A DNA stretch of 64,000 bases, from positions 105,559 through 169,558 of the forward strand of contig CBEVQY010000001.1 in the NCBI GenBank assembly GCA_965552135.1. Reading direction: 5' to 3'. Numbering within the stretch: position 1 is the first letter of the stretch; the number at the start of each line of letters is the position of its first letter. This document shows positions 45,584 to 58,168 of this stretch, one piece after another. The DNA is from an uncultured bacterium. GTDB taxonomy: Bacteria > UBP14 > UBA6098 > B30-G16. Made by a program: the position numbers and the translations under genes. The notes under the pieces are model-generated. The model was not told where the DNA came from, made no database searches, and worked only from the letters and a program-made list of their open reading frames with translations.

Positions 45584-46384
45584 TCAGCGCCCAAAAAGCG
45601 ACTTAAAGCCCTTCTCGAGCGCCTTCTCAAGCCCCCTCTCGATGCTCTCCTCGGCGCTCTCTTTAAGGCTTTCCTTGAGCTGCTCCTTGAAGTAATCCTT
45701 GATCGATATCTTCCTCGGCGTCTCTGTGATGGCGCTTTTGGCGCCCTCGGTGCCGTACTCCAAAAGCTCCATGTAGCCGTCTTTGCCCTCAAGCTTCACG
45801 ATCCCCGTGATGGGAACCTCGGGCGAAAACCAAACGTCGGTCTTCTCGCCGCTTTTCTCGTCGATCATCGTGACGTGGGTGCACTTAAACGTCCCCGCGG
45901 GAACCTTGACCTCCTCGGTGTTCATCTCCATCGAGGGCTTTTCGGCTTCGCTGGCTTTCTTCCCGCCCGAAGATGCCTCCTTCGTCTGCGCCTTCAGCGA
46001 GGTCGTGTCGAACTCTATGGGGAACTCGAGCTCGTAGGCGGGCTGGTCGTTGTGCTTGACGATTATCGAGAAATACCCCTTCGAGCCCTCAGATATGTCG
46101 CCGCGCATGAGGTATTTCATTATGTCGTGGTTGCCGAGTTTGTCCCAAAGCTCAAGCTCGAACCACACGCACTTTGCGCCGGCGCACTCGGCATCGCCGA
46201 CAACCGAAAGCTTCATATCGCCCGAGTGCTTCTTCTCCTCGCTTGTGATCCTGTACTTTGCCCACGAGCCCGACTTTACCACCACCTCTTGGGGCGACTT
46301 CATCCCCACAAACGGGTTGAAAAGCTGCGAGAGCTGCCCGAAGGCAAGCGCAAAGCTTAAGAACCCAAGCAGCGCGACCCGCAT
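45584..46384 (-). CDS. Secreted hypothetical protein
   Basis: Signal peptide ending AFG-Q; EEVKVPAGTFKC and DVWFSPEVPITGIVK beta-rich motifs; helical amphipathic C-tail. Confidence 0.75.
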   Translation of the reverse strand: MRVALLGFLSFALAFGQLSQLFNPFVGMKSPQEVVVKSGSWAKYRITSEEKKHSGDMKLSVVGDAECAGAKCVWFELELWDKLGNHDIMKYLMRGDISEGSKGYFSIIVKHNDQPAYELEFPIEFDTTSLKAQTKEASSGGKKASEAEKPSMEMNTEEVKVPAGTFKCTHVTMIDEKSGEKTDVWFSPEVPITGIVKLEGKDGYMELLEYGTEGAKSAITETPRKISIKDYFKEQLKESLKESAEESIERGLEKALEKGFKSLFGR

Positions 46385-46456
46385 GGTTCACCTCCTGCGC
46401 CCTTTCCGAGTTTAAATAATCGGAGGCGCTTGGTGGGTGTGCAAGGGGAATTTTGG

Positions 46457-47431
46457 CTATGGGGAGAATGTGTTCCACGAGATCGCCGACGATGCGCCGA
46501 AGCCCTTTATTGCGGCGATGTACTGGAGCGCGAACGATAGCTCCAGCGGCATCCCCAAAAGCGTTTGGAACACAGCGCCGCCTGCGGCGATTCGTAGCTC
46601 GTCGCTTGCGGGCGGCGTTCCGGTGTAGAAGTCGATGCCTGCGCGCAGAGCGCACCACCTCCTGACCAAATACTGACCGCCAAAGCGCCACCTGAGCCTG
46701 CCCTTCGCCTTCGAGATGATCTCAACCGAACCCTCGAACCAGTCCGATTCGCAGTACTCCACGCCAACCCCAAATACCACCGACCACGGCGGGATGGAGT
46801 GACTGTCGTCCGCCCAGTTCATCCTCCCCAGGGCGTTTTTCAAAAGGATCCCCCACCGCCAAAGCCAGTATCGCCCCGATGCGCCAAAGTCGACTGAATA
46901 TCCGGTCTCTGCCTTGCTGCCCTCAAGCGAAAACTTCTGCCCAAGCACGCGAAAGCTTGCCCCAAAGCCCACCTGCCAGATGCTCGTCCTGCACGGGAGC
47001 TTGAGCCGCTTGCGGCTTTCTGCTGTATATCCCGCCGCAAAGACCGCAGCATACGACCTATGACTGAAGCTTTCGGTCTCGTTCCCCGTGGCGTCTCTGC
47101 CTGTGATCTCGCCCACCGAGTGCTGGATGTACCCCGCGCCGAACCTGAACCTCCCCCACGGAACGGACACCGCCAGGGAGTATCTTTCCGCCGCAAGCGG
47201 GAGCTTTTCGAGCGAAGCTTGGGCGCAGATGAGTCTCATCGTTGCGAGGTTTGCGGGGTTGTCGAACAGTGCGGCCGGCTCCGGGTCGAAGGTTATGCAC
47301 GCTCCGCCCACGCCAACGGCGGACGCGGCTTTGGGAAGCGACAAAAACGCACCGGCATATCCGCCGGGAACGTCCCCAAGGCAAATCCCCAAAACTGCAG
47401 CGCCCAAAAGGATTTTGGTAAGCCCTTTCAT
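46457..47431 (-). CDS. PorV/PorQ-like outer-membrane beta-barrel (FadL-like)
   Basis: Signal peptide, GAFLSLPKAASAVGVGGA..ALFDNPANLA N-terminal motif typical of PorV/FadL-like barrels, RDATGNETESF, DFG and LRAG strands. Confidence 0.72.
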   Translation of the reverse strand: MKGLTKILLGAAVLGICLGDVPGGYAGAFLSLPKAASAVGVGGACITFDPEPAALFDNPANLATMRLICAQASLEKLPLAAERYSLAVSVPWGRFRFGAGYIQHSVGEITGRDATGNETESFSHRSYAAVFAAGYTAESRKRLKLPCRTSIWQVGFGASFRVLGQKFSLEGSKAETGYSVDFGASGRYWLWRWGILLKNALGRMNWADDSHSIPPWSVVFGVGVEYCESDWFEGSVEIISKAKGRLRWRFGGQYLVRRWCALRAGIDFYTGTPPASDELRIAAGGAVFQTLLGMPLELSFALQYIAAIKGFGASSAISWNTFSP

Positions 47432-48879
47432 CTGCAGACAGCCACCTTGCCTACTCCGAACTCGCCGCCGAGGTTCTCGACGACGATGTAGTACACGCCC
47501 GGCACAACCCTATCGCCGTTTTGGTTGGTGCCGTCCCAGGTGACAAGCTTAATCCCAGCCTCTTGCTTTTCGCCCTCGACTATCGTTCTTACGAGGTTAT
47601 AGCCCACATCGAAGACCTTGACGTTAACGATGCCGTCTTTGCAGAGCATAAACGATATGGTAAGCTCGCCCTGCGCGGGGTAGAATGGGTTTGGGTATAT
47701 AATGATGTTTTCGTTTTTCAGGCATTCAGTTGCTGCGGCTGTGGTTTCGGCGCACGTCCACTCCACGGTCATCGGCGCGTCGAGGGTGGTCGAGAAGGCG
47801 TTGCCGTCGCCCGAGGCGGAGACGGTGTCGTCGATGTAGAACTTCTCGTACTCCCAGCCCTCGACTATGTACCACTTCTTGTCCTTCTCGAAGAAAAGCG
47901 GCGTGGATATCTGCCTTTGCGAGCCTGGGTCGACGGGGGAGAAGGTCGTTTCGGCTTTTATCACTGAGCCGTACGTCGTCTTCCAGACGAAGGCGGTCTT
48001 CGCCCCAAGCGACTCGACGGGATAGATCCACGGGTCCGCCCAAACGCACTTGGGGAATGCTGTGTCGAGGCAGGCGTAGCTTATTTTGCAGAATCCGCTT
48101 TCGGCGAACGCGGTGCCCCAGCTGTTCTTGAAGATCAGACATCCCTCGCGGTCGTTCCAGCCGATGCAAAGCATTGCGTGCGCCGCAGGCAGCCCTCCCC
48201 AAAGTAGGATCGTGTCGCCCTCGTCGGAGGTATCGGGAAGCCAAACCGTATCCCTACCGAGGGAGTCGAGCGAAAGGAAGGAGCTGTAGATCCAGATGAC
48301 GAAATACGTCGGGCAAACCGACACGACCGCCTTTACGTCGTCGAGGCTGAAGTTTGTGTTGTATGCAGCCGTGTTGAGCCTGTAGTTTCGTCGCGCCGGG
48401 GCGTCGGGACAGATGAGCGAGCAGGGTGGAGTGGTCGATGCGTCTTGGCTTTCGTCGTAGCGAAAGCAGTCCTCGTCCACAAGCCCCACCTGCGACATAT
48501 ACTCCATCGCGAAGTATCCGCCCAGGCAGCCCATGGAGTTGGTGTCGCACGATACGAGCTCCTGCTCGGAGAGGTCTGTGGGCAGGTTTGGTCTTGCCGA
48601 AAGTATTTTGACCGCTGCCTCGAACTGTGCGACCGAGGCGAACGCCCAGCACGAGCCGCAGTTTTGCCCCTGGTCCTTCGCGGGGGTGACCCAGCAGTAT
48701 CCGTTGTGGTTTCGCCAGTCGAGGCTTTCGGGCAGGGCAGCCACGCGGAGCTTTCTGGGCAGCTGGGGCATAACCTTAGCCCCCGGCGGAGGACCTAAAA
48801 GCGCTCCTCCGTAAGGGTGGTCGCCGCAGAAAGCCACCACAGGGAGCAGAAGGACGACGATTTTCGCAAAAAGTCTCAT
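47428..48879 (-). CDS. Secreted papain-like (C1A) cysteine peptidase with a C-terminal FlgD/T9SS-like domain
   Basis: LPESLDWR, KDQGQNCGSCWAF, LSEQELVSC, HAMLCIGW and KNSWG; C-terminal IYPNPF...WDGTNQNGDRVVPGVYY...KVAVCR. Confidence 0.92.
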   Translation of the reverse strand: MRLFAKIVVLLLPVVAFCGDHPYGGALLGPPPGAKVMPQLPRKLRVAALPESLDWRNHNGYCWVTPAKDQGQNCGSCWAFASVAQFEAAVKILSARPNLPTDLSEQELVSCDTNSMGCLGGYFAMEYMSQVGLVDEDCFRYDESQDASTTPPCSLICPDAPARRNYRLNTAAYNTNFSLDDVKAVVSVCPTYFVIWIYSSFLSLDSLGRDTVWLPDTSDEGDTILLWGGLPAAHAMLCIGWNDREGCLIFKNSWGTAFAESGFCKISYACLDTAFPKCVWADPWIYPVESLGAKTAFVWKTTYGSVIKAETTFSPVDPGSQRQISTPLFFEKDKKWYIVEGWEYEKFYIDDTVSASGDGNAFSTTLDAPMTVEWTCAETTAAATECLKNENIIIYPNPFYPAQGELTISFMLCKDGIVNVKVFDVGYNLVRTIVEGEKQEAGIKLVTWDGTNQNGDRVVPGVYYIVVENLGGEFGVGKVAVCR

Positions 48880-48889
48880 CTTTTACGCC

Positions 48890-50296
48890 TCAGTTCGCCG
48901 GCGCTTCAACGACTATGTCGGCATCGACGACCTTGTAGGGCGAGGACTCCAGCGGCTCGGCCGGGTAGAACGTAAAGTCCACCGAGGTCTCTATGACGCC
49001 GCTTGTCACGAGGCCGTCGAGGTAGAGGGCGAGTTTGTCGGCGTAGCTTTTCAGCGTGTCCTGCGCGTAGTACACGTGCGGCTCTCCGGTATCAGCGCCG
49101 TTGAGGATGCCGGTTACGACCACAAGCGTATCCCACTTTGCAATGAACGAGGCGACCCTATCGGCGAACCCCTGCGCCTCCGGTGCGCTTTTGTTGCTCG
49201 ATGAATTCAGCACGATGACCTTGATCTGCGGCACCTTTGGTCCGCCGCCTGCACCTGTTGTGATGGTTGGCGGCATCTGCCCCGGCGGCGGAGGCGAGGT
49301 CGGCGGCGTTGGGATGGACGGGCTCGTCGTCGATATAAGTGGTCTTAGGCGGTAGATGTCGAAGTCGCCGTCGATGTTCGATTCGCAGTAGATGAACTCG
49401 CCTGCGGGCGTCTTCGCCCAGTCAGGCATGCTCGTCACGGCGTTCTCGAAGGTCTCCTGTATCGTCGTTCCTTTGTTTACGTCGACTATGAAGATGTTGA
49501 CGGGAGGGGCTCCGCCCGGTGGAGCGTAGGCGTAAGCGATCCAGTTCCCGTCGGGAGACCACGCCGGCGCAAACTCATCCCCGGGGTCGGACGTTACCTG
49601 CCTGAAGTTGGAGAGCCCAACGCCCTCTACGTAGTCGGCGACGAAGATGTCCCAGTTCGTCGACGAGTTCCACGCACAGTATGCCACCTTTGTGCCCGAA
49701 GGGTCCCAGCGCGGGTAAAGCCCCGGCACCGTGTTTATGATGACGCTCGCCCCCGCGGGCTGAACGGCTATGACGAAACTCGACATCGCCGCTGCGGCAG
49801 GAGGTATACCGCCGTACCTCATCGGCGGAAAGGCGGGGAACGGGTTCGTCATATTGCCCGAGGACACAAAGACCACATCGCCCTTCGGGGAGATATCGGG
49901 CATGCAGCAGAAGTTGTTGTTGTTCTGCACCAGCCTGGAGCCGTTGAGGGAGTTTATGGGGACGGACCATATCTCGTAATTTGTGACGCCGGGCGCAACG
50001 GTGACCTGTCTTTCGTAAGCTACCTGCGCGCTGTTGGGGAACCACGCCGGATGCTGATTGTCGACGCCGCGGTTGGTGGCAAGCATTGGGTTGCTGCCGT
50101 CGTAAGTGGAGATCCTTATGTTTGCGACGGGGACGTTGCCCGAAAGGTTAACCTCGGCGTAAGCCAGCCTCTCACCGTCGGGGGAGACGCGTGGGCAAAG
50201 CTCATGATTGGGGAAATCGGTCACACGTATCATGGAGTTGCCCTGTCCCCAGGCAAGAGCCAAAAGGCAAATCGACAAAAAAACCGCTCGCTTCAT
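48890..50296 (-). CDS. Secreted TolB-like (PD40) beta-propeller protein with a Pro/Thr linker and a LytR_C-like C-terminal domain
   Basis: PRVSPDGERLAY, PAWFPNS, PRWDPSG and PAWSPDGNWIAY repeats; TPPTSPPPP linker; VIVLNSS...GFADRVA...ADIVV tail. Confidence 0.8.
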   Translation of the reverse strand: MKRAVFLSICLLALAWGQGNSMIRVTDFPNHELCPRVSPDGERLAYAEVNLSGNVPVANIRISTYDGSNPMLATNRGVDNQHPAWFPNSAQVAYERQVTVAPGVTNYEIWSVPINSLNGSRLVQNNNNFCCMPDISPKGDVVFVSSGNMTNPFPAFPPMRYGGIPPAAAAMSSFVIAVQPAGASVIINTVPGLYPRWDPSGTKVAYCAWNSSTNWDIFVADYVEGVGLSNFRQVTSDPGDEFAPAWSPDGNWIAYAYAPPGGAPPVNIFIVDVNKGTTIQETFENAVTSMPDWAKTPAGEFIYCESNIDGDFDIYRLRPLISTTSPSIPTPPTSPPPPGQMPPTITTGAGGGPKVPQIKVIVLNSSSNKSAPEAQGFADRVASFIAKWDTLVVVTGILNGADTGEPHVYYAQDTLKSYADKLALYLDGLVTSGVIETSVDFTFYPAEPLESSPYKVVDADIVVEAPAN

Positions 50297-50320
50297 AACT
50301 TGTCCTCCCAGCCTTTGATT

Positions 50321-51022
50321 TTAGTCGGTGGCGTCCTTCGGCAGCTCGAAGGACACGTTTCTGCTACAGGGCGTAACGGTTGAGCAGGGTGGCTTTTGCT
50401 CGCCCGTGCCCAAAAGCTCGGGTATTTGGCTCGTTGTCCAAAGGTTTCCGCCGCGGGGGTAATATCGGGATGCCCCCCAGTAGCTGTATCCGGTCGACCT
50501 GTATCCGTACGGCGCGCCGCTGCCGTAACGCCAATAATCCCAGCCCGAAGAATACTTAGAACAACCTTTGCACTTAAGGGAGAGGGTTGACTTCAGCTGC
50601 TCCATTGCCTGTGCGGCGAAGACCTCCTTCCAGTTGTCCGGGCATATGCAGCCCAGGATAACGCACTTTGTGGCGATGTAGTTGCCGTAGCTTACCTGCA
50701 CGTCGTAGCGACCGGGCTCAAGGTCGTGTATCGTGATCACCTGGGTGCCAACCTTGACGGGAAAGCTCTTTGTCGTGCTGAAGTCCTTTCCGCTTACGGT
50801 CACCGTGCCCGATGTGTAAAGATAAGGGTCGAGGGGACTTGTTATCTTTATCTGGATCCTCATATCGCAGTATCGGGGCTTCGGCTTCGACGCCTTGGTG
50901 GCTGCGACAACATCCACCCTCTTCGCGCCGCTTCTGGAGAGGAAAGCTGTTGAACTGCACCCCGCCTGAAAAAGAACAAACAAAATGCATAACTTAAGAA
51001 TCCATTTGCCGTTATTGTTCAT
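50321..51022 (-). CDS. Cys-rich putative lipoprotein of unknown function
   Basis: Lipobox QAGC; LEPGRYDVQVSY (PEGA/carboxypeptidase-regulatory-like strand); Tyr/Gly-rich segment. Confidence 0.65.
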   Translation of the reverse strand: MNNNGKWILKLCILFVLFQAGCSSTAFLSRSGAKRVDVVAATKASKPKPRYCDMRIQIKITSPLDPYLYTSGTVTVSGKDFSTTKSFPVKVGTQVITIHDLEPGRYDVQVSYGNYIATKCVILGCICPDNWKEVFAAQAMEQLKSTLSLKCKGCSKYSSGWDYWRYGSGAPYGYRSTGYSYWGASRYYPRGGNLWTTSQIPELLGTGEQKPPCSTVTPCSRNVSFELPKDATD

Positions 51023-51094
51023 TACTAATCCCTCACTTGAAGCATCCCTTAATACTATATTGAGTCGAAAGGGAAAGAAGTCAAGACAAAAAAT

Positions 51095-52285
51095 TCAGGT
51101 GCTTGACCATCGCAGCAGCACGGTCATAACGATGGCGCTTACGATCGACATAAAGAAGTTGTCGTCCTCGATTGGTGCTATTTCCACGACGGCGGCGGTA
51201 AGCGAGCCAACGACCCCCACCCAGAAGGGCACGAGTCCGAGGTTGTGGTAGAGCGCGCTTGCCAGAACGCACACCAAGAAGCATCCCAGCATGCCCGACC
51301 AAGTTTTGCCCAAAAAGCCCTTCCCGCCTACGGAAATGCCTATGCTCCAGGCAAGGAGATCCCCAAATGTGACGAACACCACTGCAAGCGACGCGATCTG
51401 TGTGGGGAACAAAAGCAGCGTAAGGAAAATGGAGAAAAGGTACATCACCATCGACGACACGTGCCTTTTCTCCCTTTTTTTGTATCTGAGCGGGAATTTT
51501 TGGAAGCGCGTTGTGAAGCGCAGGATTTCGAAGACGACGAAGACGGCGAGGACGGTCGCCAGGAGGATAAGCGTTGGCTTTTTTTGCAGCAGCGCGCCCG
51601 CGGGGAAGACGATTGCAAATGGTCGCAGCCACTTGCGCTTAAGCAGCGGGCGCTCCTCCTCGGGGAGGGTCCGAAGCTTTTGGGTGAGGACGTTGTGGAG
51701 ACGCTCGCCTATCTTGTACACCCCCGCCAAAAGCAGGGTGATAAGATAGGGATTCATCTCGAAAAAGAGCAGGGCGGCGATGAGGATGAGCGACAGTACA
51801 AGCCAGCTTTGGATCTCCTCGGAGTGCGGGATTTTGTTCCTGAGGGCGAATACGACGATAAGGGCTATAAGCGCTGACGCGAATACCGCGGCAAACTTCC
51901 AGTTTTGCGCTATGAGTGCGGCGATGGAGTATGCGATGACGCCGACGGACGCGGCGCCCCCTCTGCCGCCCCGGAACCGTAGGTAGAACGGAGCGACATG
52001 TCCAGCGATGGCGACGAATCCGCAGGCGAGACTTACCGCAAGCGGCGCCGCAAAAACATGCCGCGCAAGGATTATGGACACAGGCGACTTGAATAGGTCG
52101 TAGATTCCGACGACGACGCCGACGGCGTAGCCCATCGTCTCTGCGGCGTTGCGAGTCCCCGGATTGCCCGAGCCAACCTGTCTTATATCGAAGCCCTTGA
52201 GCTTGGCTATGATGTATGCGGGCAGGATGCTGCCCAAAAGGTAGGCGACGATGACCGAGACGGCGCTGCGCCAAAAGACGCTCAT
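51095..52285 (-). CDS. PlsY glycerol-3-phosphate acyltransferase fused to a CTP-dependent lipid kinase-like (dolichol/phytol/DAG kinase) domain
   Basis: YLLGSI, DIRQVGSGNPGTRN, GHVAPFYLRFRGGRG (PlsY); C-terminal FGDLLAWSIG, GKTWSG and DDNF. Confidence 0.85.
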   Translation of the reverse strand: MSVFWRSAVSVIVAYLLGSILPAYIIAKLKGFDIRQVGSGNPGTRNAAETMGYAVGVVVGIYDLFKSPVSIILARHVFAAPLAVSLACGFVAIAGHVAPFYLRFRGGRGGAASVGVIAYSIAALIAQNWKFAAVFASALIALIVVFALRNKIPHSEEIQSWLVLSLILIAALLFFEMNPYLITLLLAGVYKIGERLHNVLTQKLRTLPEEERPLLKRKWLRPFAIVFPAGALLQKKPTLILLATVLAVFVVFEILRFTTRFQKFPLRYKKREKRHVSSMVMYLFSIFLTLLLFPTQIASLAVVFVTFGDLLAWSIGISVGGKGFLGKTWSGMLGCFLVCVLASALYHNLGLVPFWVGVVGSLTAAVVEIAPIEDDNFFMSIVSAIVMTVLLRWSST

Positions 52286-52418
52286 CAAGCTCCTTTCGTG
52301 CCCGTAGTGCAACTGGAATATAAAATCCTTTTTTCGCGCCGCAACAACATTTGCTAACGGTTTGACAAGGCAAGTGGGGCGATATAAGATAGATTTTGGT
52401 GTTTTGTCCGCGAGGTGA

Positions 52419-55786
<3,368 letters not shown>

Positions 55787-55800
55787 ATTTTCGGTGTTGC

Positions 55801-55829
55801 TTGACACGTTGGTTTTTGGTTAGTAGTTT
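55801..55829 (+). promoter_or_regulatory. Sigma70 promoter of the SRP RNA
   Basis: TTGACA (55801-55806), 17 bp, TAGTTT (55824-55829). Confidence 0.7.
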
Positions 55830-55835
55830 TAGTTT

Positions 55836-56114
55836 GGGGTCCGTGCTAGGCGGGGGGCTGCCGGTCCCCTGAACCCGAAATCCGGCATACGCGGGGCTGA
55901 ACTCCTGCGCCGAGGTTCACCTGTTCGTGTGCGGCTTTCGCGGCGGTGGCGATGATGTTCGGGTCCTGCGCAAGGGACGCCTTCTGAACCCCGCCAGGCC
56001 CGGAAGGGAGCAACGGTAGGAAGTGCCGTTCCTGTGCCGCAGGGTAGCCCGGACGGAGTCACCAAAGCGAAGGCGGCACGAATAAGGGAATCGAAGCGCA
56101 GGTGCACGGACCCC
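55836..56114 (+). ncRNA. ffs: Large (Alu-domain-containing) bacterial SRP RNA
   Basis: Terminal stem TTTGGGGTCCGTGC/GCACGGACCCCAAA; 5' Alu-like CCGTGCTAGGCGGGGGG...CCCCTGAACCCGAAATCCG; helix 8 CCGCCAGGCCCGGAAGGGAGCAACGG with a GGAA tetraloop at 56002-56005. Confidence 0.93.
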
Positions 56115-56135
56115 AAAGACGAAAAAGGAGAAAGA

Positions 56136-56942
56136 ATGTACCTCTACATCGGGATCGCCCTTGTGGCTTTGGGGATCATCGTCTTCGTCGTCGCCTTGGT
56201 GCGCTCGTCCAAAGGGTCTGGACGCGGTCGAGAAGATGCGGCGGAAGAGGATCTTATTTTGCAAAAAGCTTTCGAGATCGTAGACGCCGTCCCCGACAAC
56301 CAGTCGCTGCAAAACCAGCTCCTTTCGCAGGATGACCTCGAGCTTCGTCTTCTTCGCGTTTTCGACGAGCTTGCCCTGCGCGGTGATTTCGCTTCGGCGA
56401 AGCGCATCGCAAAGCTTTTGGTGGACTGGGCGCCTGATCTGGGCGTGGGGTACTCGAAGCTTGGGCTGGCGGCTTTGCGCCTCGGCGAGATCGACGAGGC
56501 TTGCGAGGCGCTCAAGAGGGCGCTTGAGATCGACCCCGAAGACATAAAAGCCGCAAACAACCTCGGCTACATCTACAACAGCCAAAAGCGATACGCCGAG
56601 GCGGCTCAGGTCCTCGAAAGCGTGCTGGGCGAGGACGAAGGCAACGTGGTCACCCTCGTCAACCTCGGGATCGCAAAGTTCCACCTCGGCGATGTCGAGA
56701 GAGCCTACGAGCTCCTCAACGCAGCCTACAAGAAAAACCCTCGCATACCCGAGGTCCACCTCTACCTGGGGCACTGCCTTAAGGAGTTTGGCGACACACA
56801 GCGCGCCAACAAGGCGTACAGACGCTACAAGCTCCTGACGGAGGGAGCCACAGAAAAGCCGGAGGAGACTTCGGGCAGCTCGGATGAGGCGGAGCCGTCC
56901 AATAAACCCTCCGAGGAGGAAGGTTTTGGCGCTGAGGGCTGA
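56136..56942 (+). CDS. Membrane-anchored TPR protein
   Basis: N-terminal TM helix; TPRs (YSKLGLAAL..ALEIDPED, ANNLGYIY, VNLGIAKF, HLYLGHCL); SD AGGAG. Confidence 0.85.
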   Translation: MYLYIGIALVALGIIVFVVALVRSSKGSGRGREDAAEEDLILQKAFEIVDAVPDNQSLQNQLLSQDDLELRLLRVFDELALRGDFASAKRIAKLLVDWAPDLGVGYSKLGLAALRLGEIDEACEALKRALEIDPEDIKAANNLGYIYNSQKRYAEAAQVLESVLGEDEGNVVTLVNLGIAKFHLGDVERAYELLNAAYKKNPRIPEVHLYLGHCLKEFGDTQRANKAYRRYKLLTEGATEKPEETSGSSDEAEPSNKPSEEEGFGAEG

Positions 56943-57080
56943 TATTGCACTCTTTTTGTGCACCCCTTCGTCCCGCGGGCATCTGCCAAAGGGCGTTTCT
57001 TTTAAGGCACTTGCGGAGTTTTGCGCGGTGCGGCACGGATGTTGCCTTTCGATTGGCGGAGGGCGGAAAGGAGGTAAGCC

Positions 57081-58070
57081 GTGAGCAGGGTTTTTTTCGC
57101 CGTGCTTGTCGGTCTTTTGGTTGTTGGCTTGGCTTTTTCGGCGGAGAGGGTGGTTTTGCTTCCGTTTGCGACCACCAACGTCCGCGAGCCTTTAAGCGAG
57201 GTGGCGCTTGAGCTTTTCAAGGTGGAGCTTGTTGACCGTGGCTACGAGGTTTTGGTCGACACGGCAGTTTGTCGCGATGCGGCTTGCGCGGGCGAGGCGG
57301 CGCGACGCAACGGTGCGCCCCGGGCAATCTTCGGAAGCCTCATCGGGATGGGTGAGAAGGTTGTGGTCACCTTCTACGTTGTTCGCAGCGACGACAGGGT
57401 AGCCTACACCGCTCGCGCCACCGCCAAAACCCAAAGCGACCTCGATGCCGTCGTAAGGCGCCTTGTGGATGCCTTCGTTTCCGAAAGAACCGTCGAGGAG
57501 GCGGCGACGATCGACAACATCACCGAGGTCGAGACGGAGGAGCCGCGCAGGCGCGCCGAATACTACACCGCCGGCGCAAAGGTTGGGGCATTCGTCCCGT
57601 TCGGGGGATCGGAAGCGAAAAACGCAAGCCTTATGGGCGGCGAAGCTTTCGGGCTCTACGAAACCCCAGACTTCGTCGTCAACGCGTCTGTGGGATACTA
57701 CGACTTCGACGAAAGGGAGCTTTTTATGCCCATTGACATATCGGTGTACAAGCTCTTCTCCCACGGCGACTTTTGCCCTTATGCCGGCGGCGGGCTTGGT
57801 GTGCATATAGTCCTGAGTGGCGACTACTACAACGAAGACGACGAGTGGGTCTCAGGATCCGCAAGAAGCGCCTTCGGGATAAGCATCGGCGGAGGGATTC
57901 TGCTTTTCAGAACGTACTCCTTCCACGTTGACCTTGGCGCGCGATACTGGGTGATGTTCTCATCCCCCGTCTACCACGGGATAAGTTTAGCCGTTGGTCT
58001 TTCGCGAAAGGTTAAGACGACCGGCTACGAGGATCAATGGGGCAGCTTCAGAAGCTGCTGCTGGTGGTGA
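57081..58070 (+). CDS. Secreted/outer-membrane protein: TolB_N/CsgG-like alpha/beta domain plus a small beta-barrel
   Basis: Signal peptide ending AFS-A; RVVLLPF..AIFGSL; C-terminal alternating strands with PYAGGGLGV. Confidence 0.65.
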   Translation: MSRVFFAVLVGLLVVGLAFSAERVVLLPFATTNVREPLSEVALELFKVELVDRGYEVLVDTAVCRDAACAGEAARRNGAPRAIFGSLIGMGEKVVVTFYVVRSDDRVAYTARATAKTQSDLDAVVRRLVDAFVSERTVEEAATIDNITEVETEEPRRRAEYYTAGAKVGAFVPFGGSEAKNASLMGGEAFGLYETPDFVVNASVGYYDFDERELFMPIDISVYKLFSHGDFCPYAGGGLGVHIVLSGDYYNEDDEWVSGSARSAFGISIGGGILLFRTYSFHVDLGARYWVMFSSPVYHGISLAVGLSRKVKTTGYEDQWGSFRSCCWW

Positions 58071-58168
58071 TTGACCCACCTGCAAAACCACTGAAAAAAT
58101 TTTTGGCGTGGGGTAGCCCCCCCTTTTATGTTTTAGTCTGTGAGGACGTCAAACGGAGGAGGTTTTGG

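Noticed and set aside
56034..56135. N-terminal extension of the TPR ORF in the ORF track
   Set aside because: It overlaps the SRP RNA; the start is more likely ATG 56136 with its own SD.
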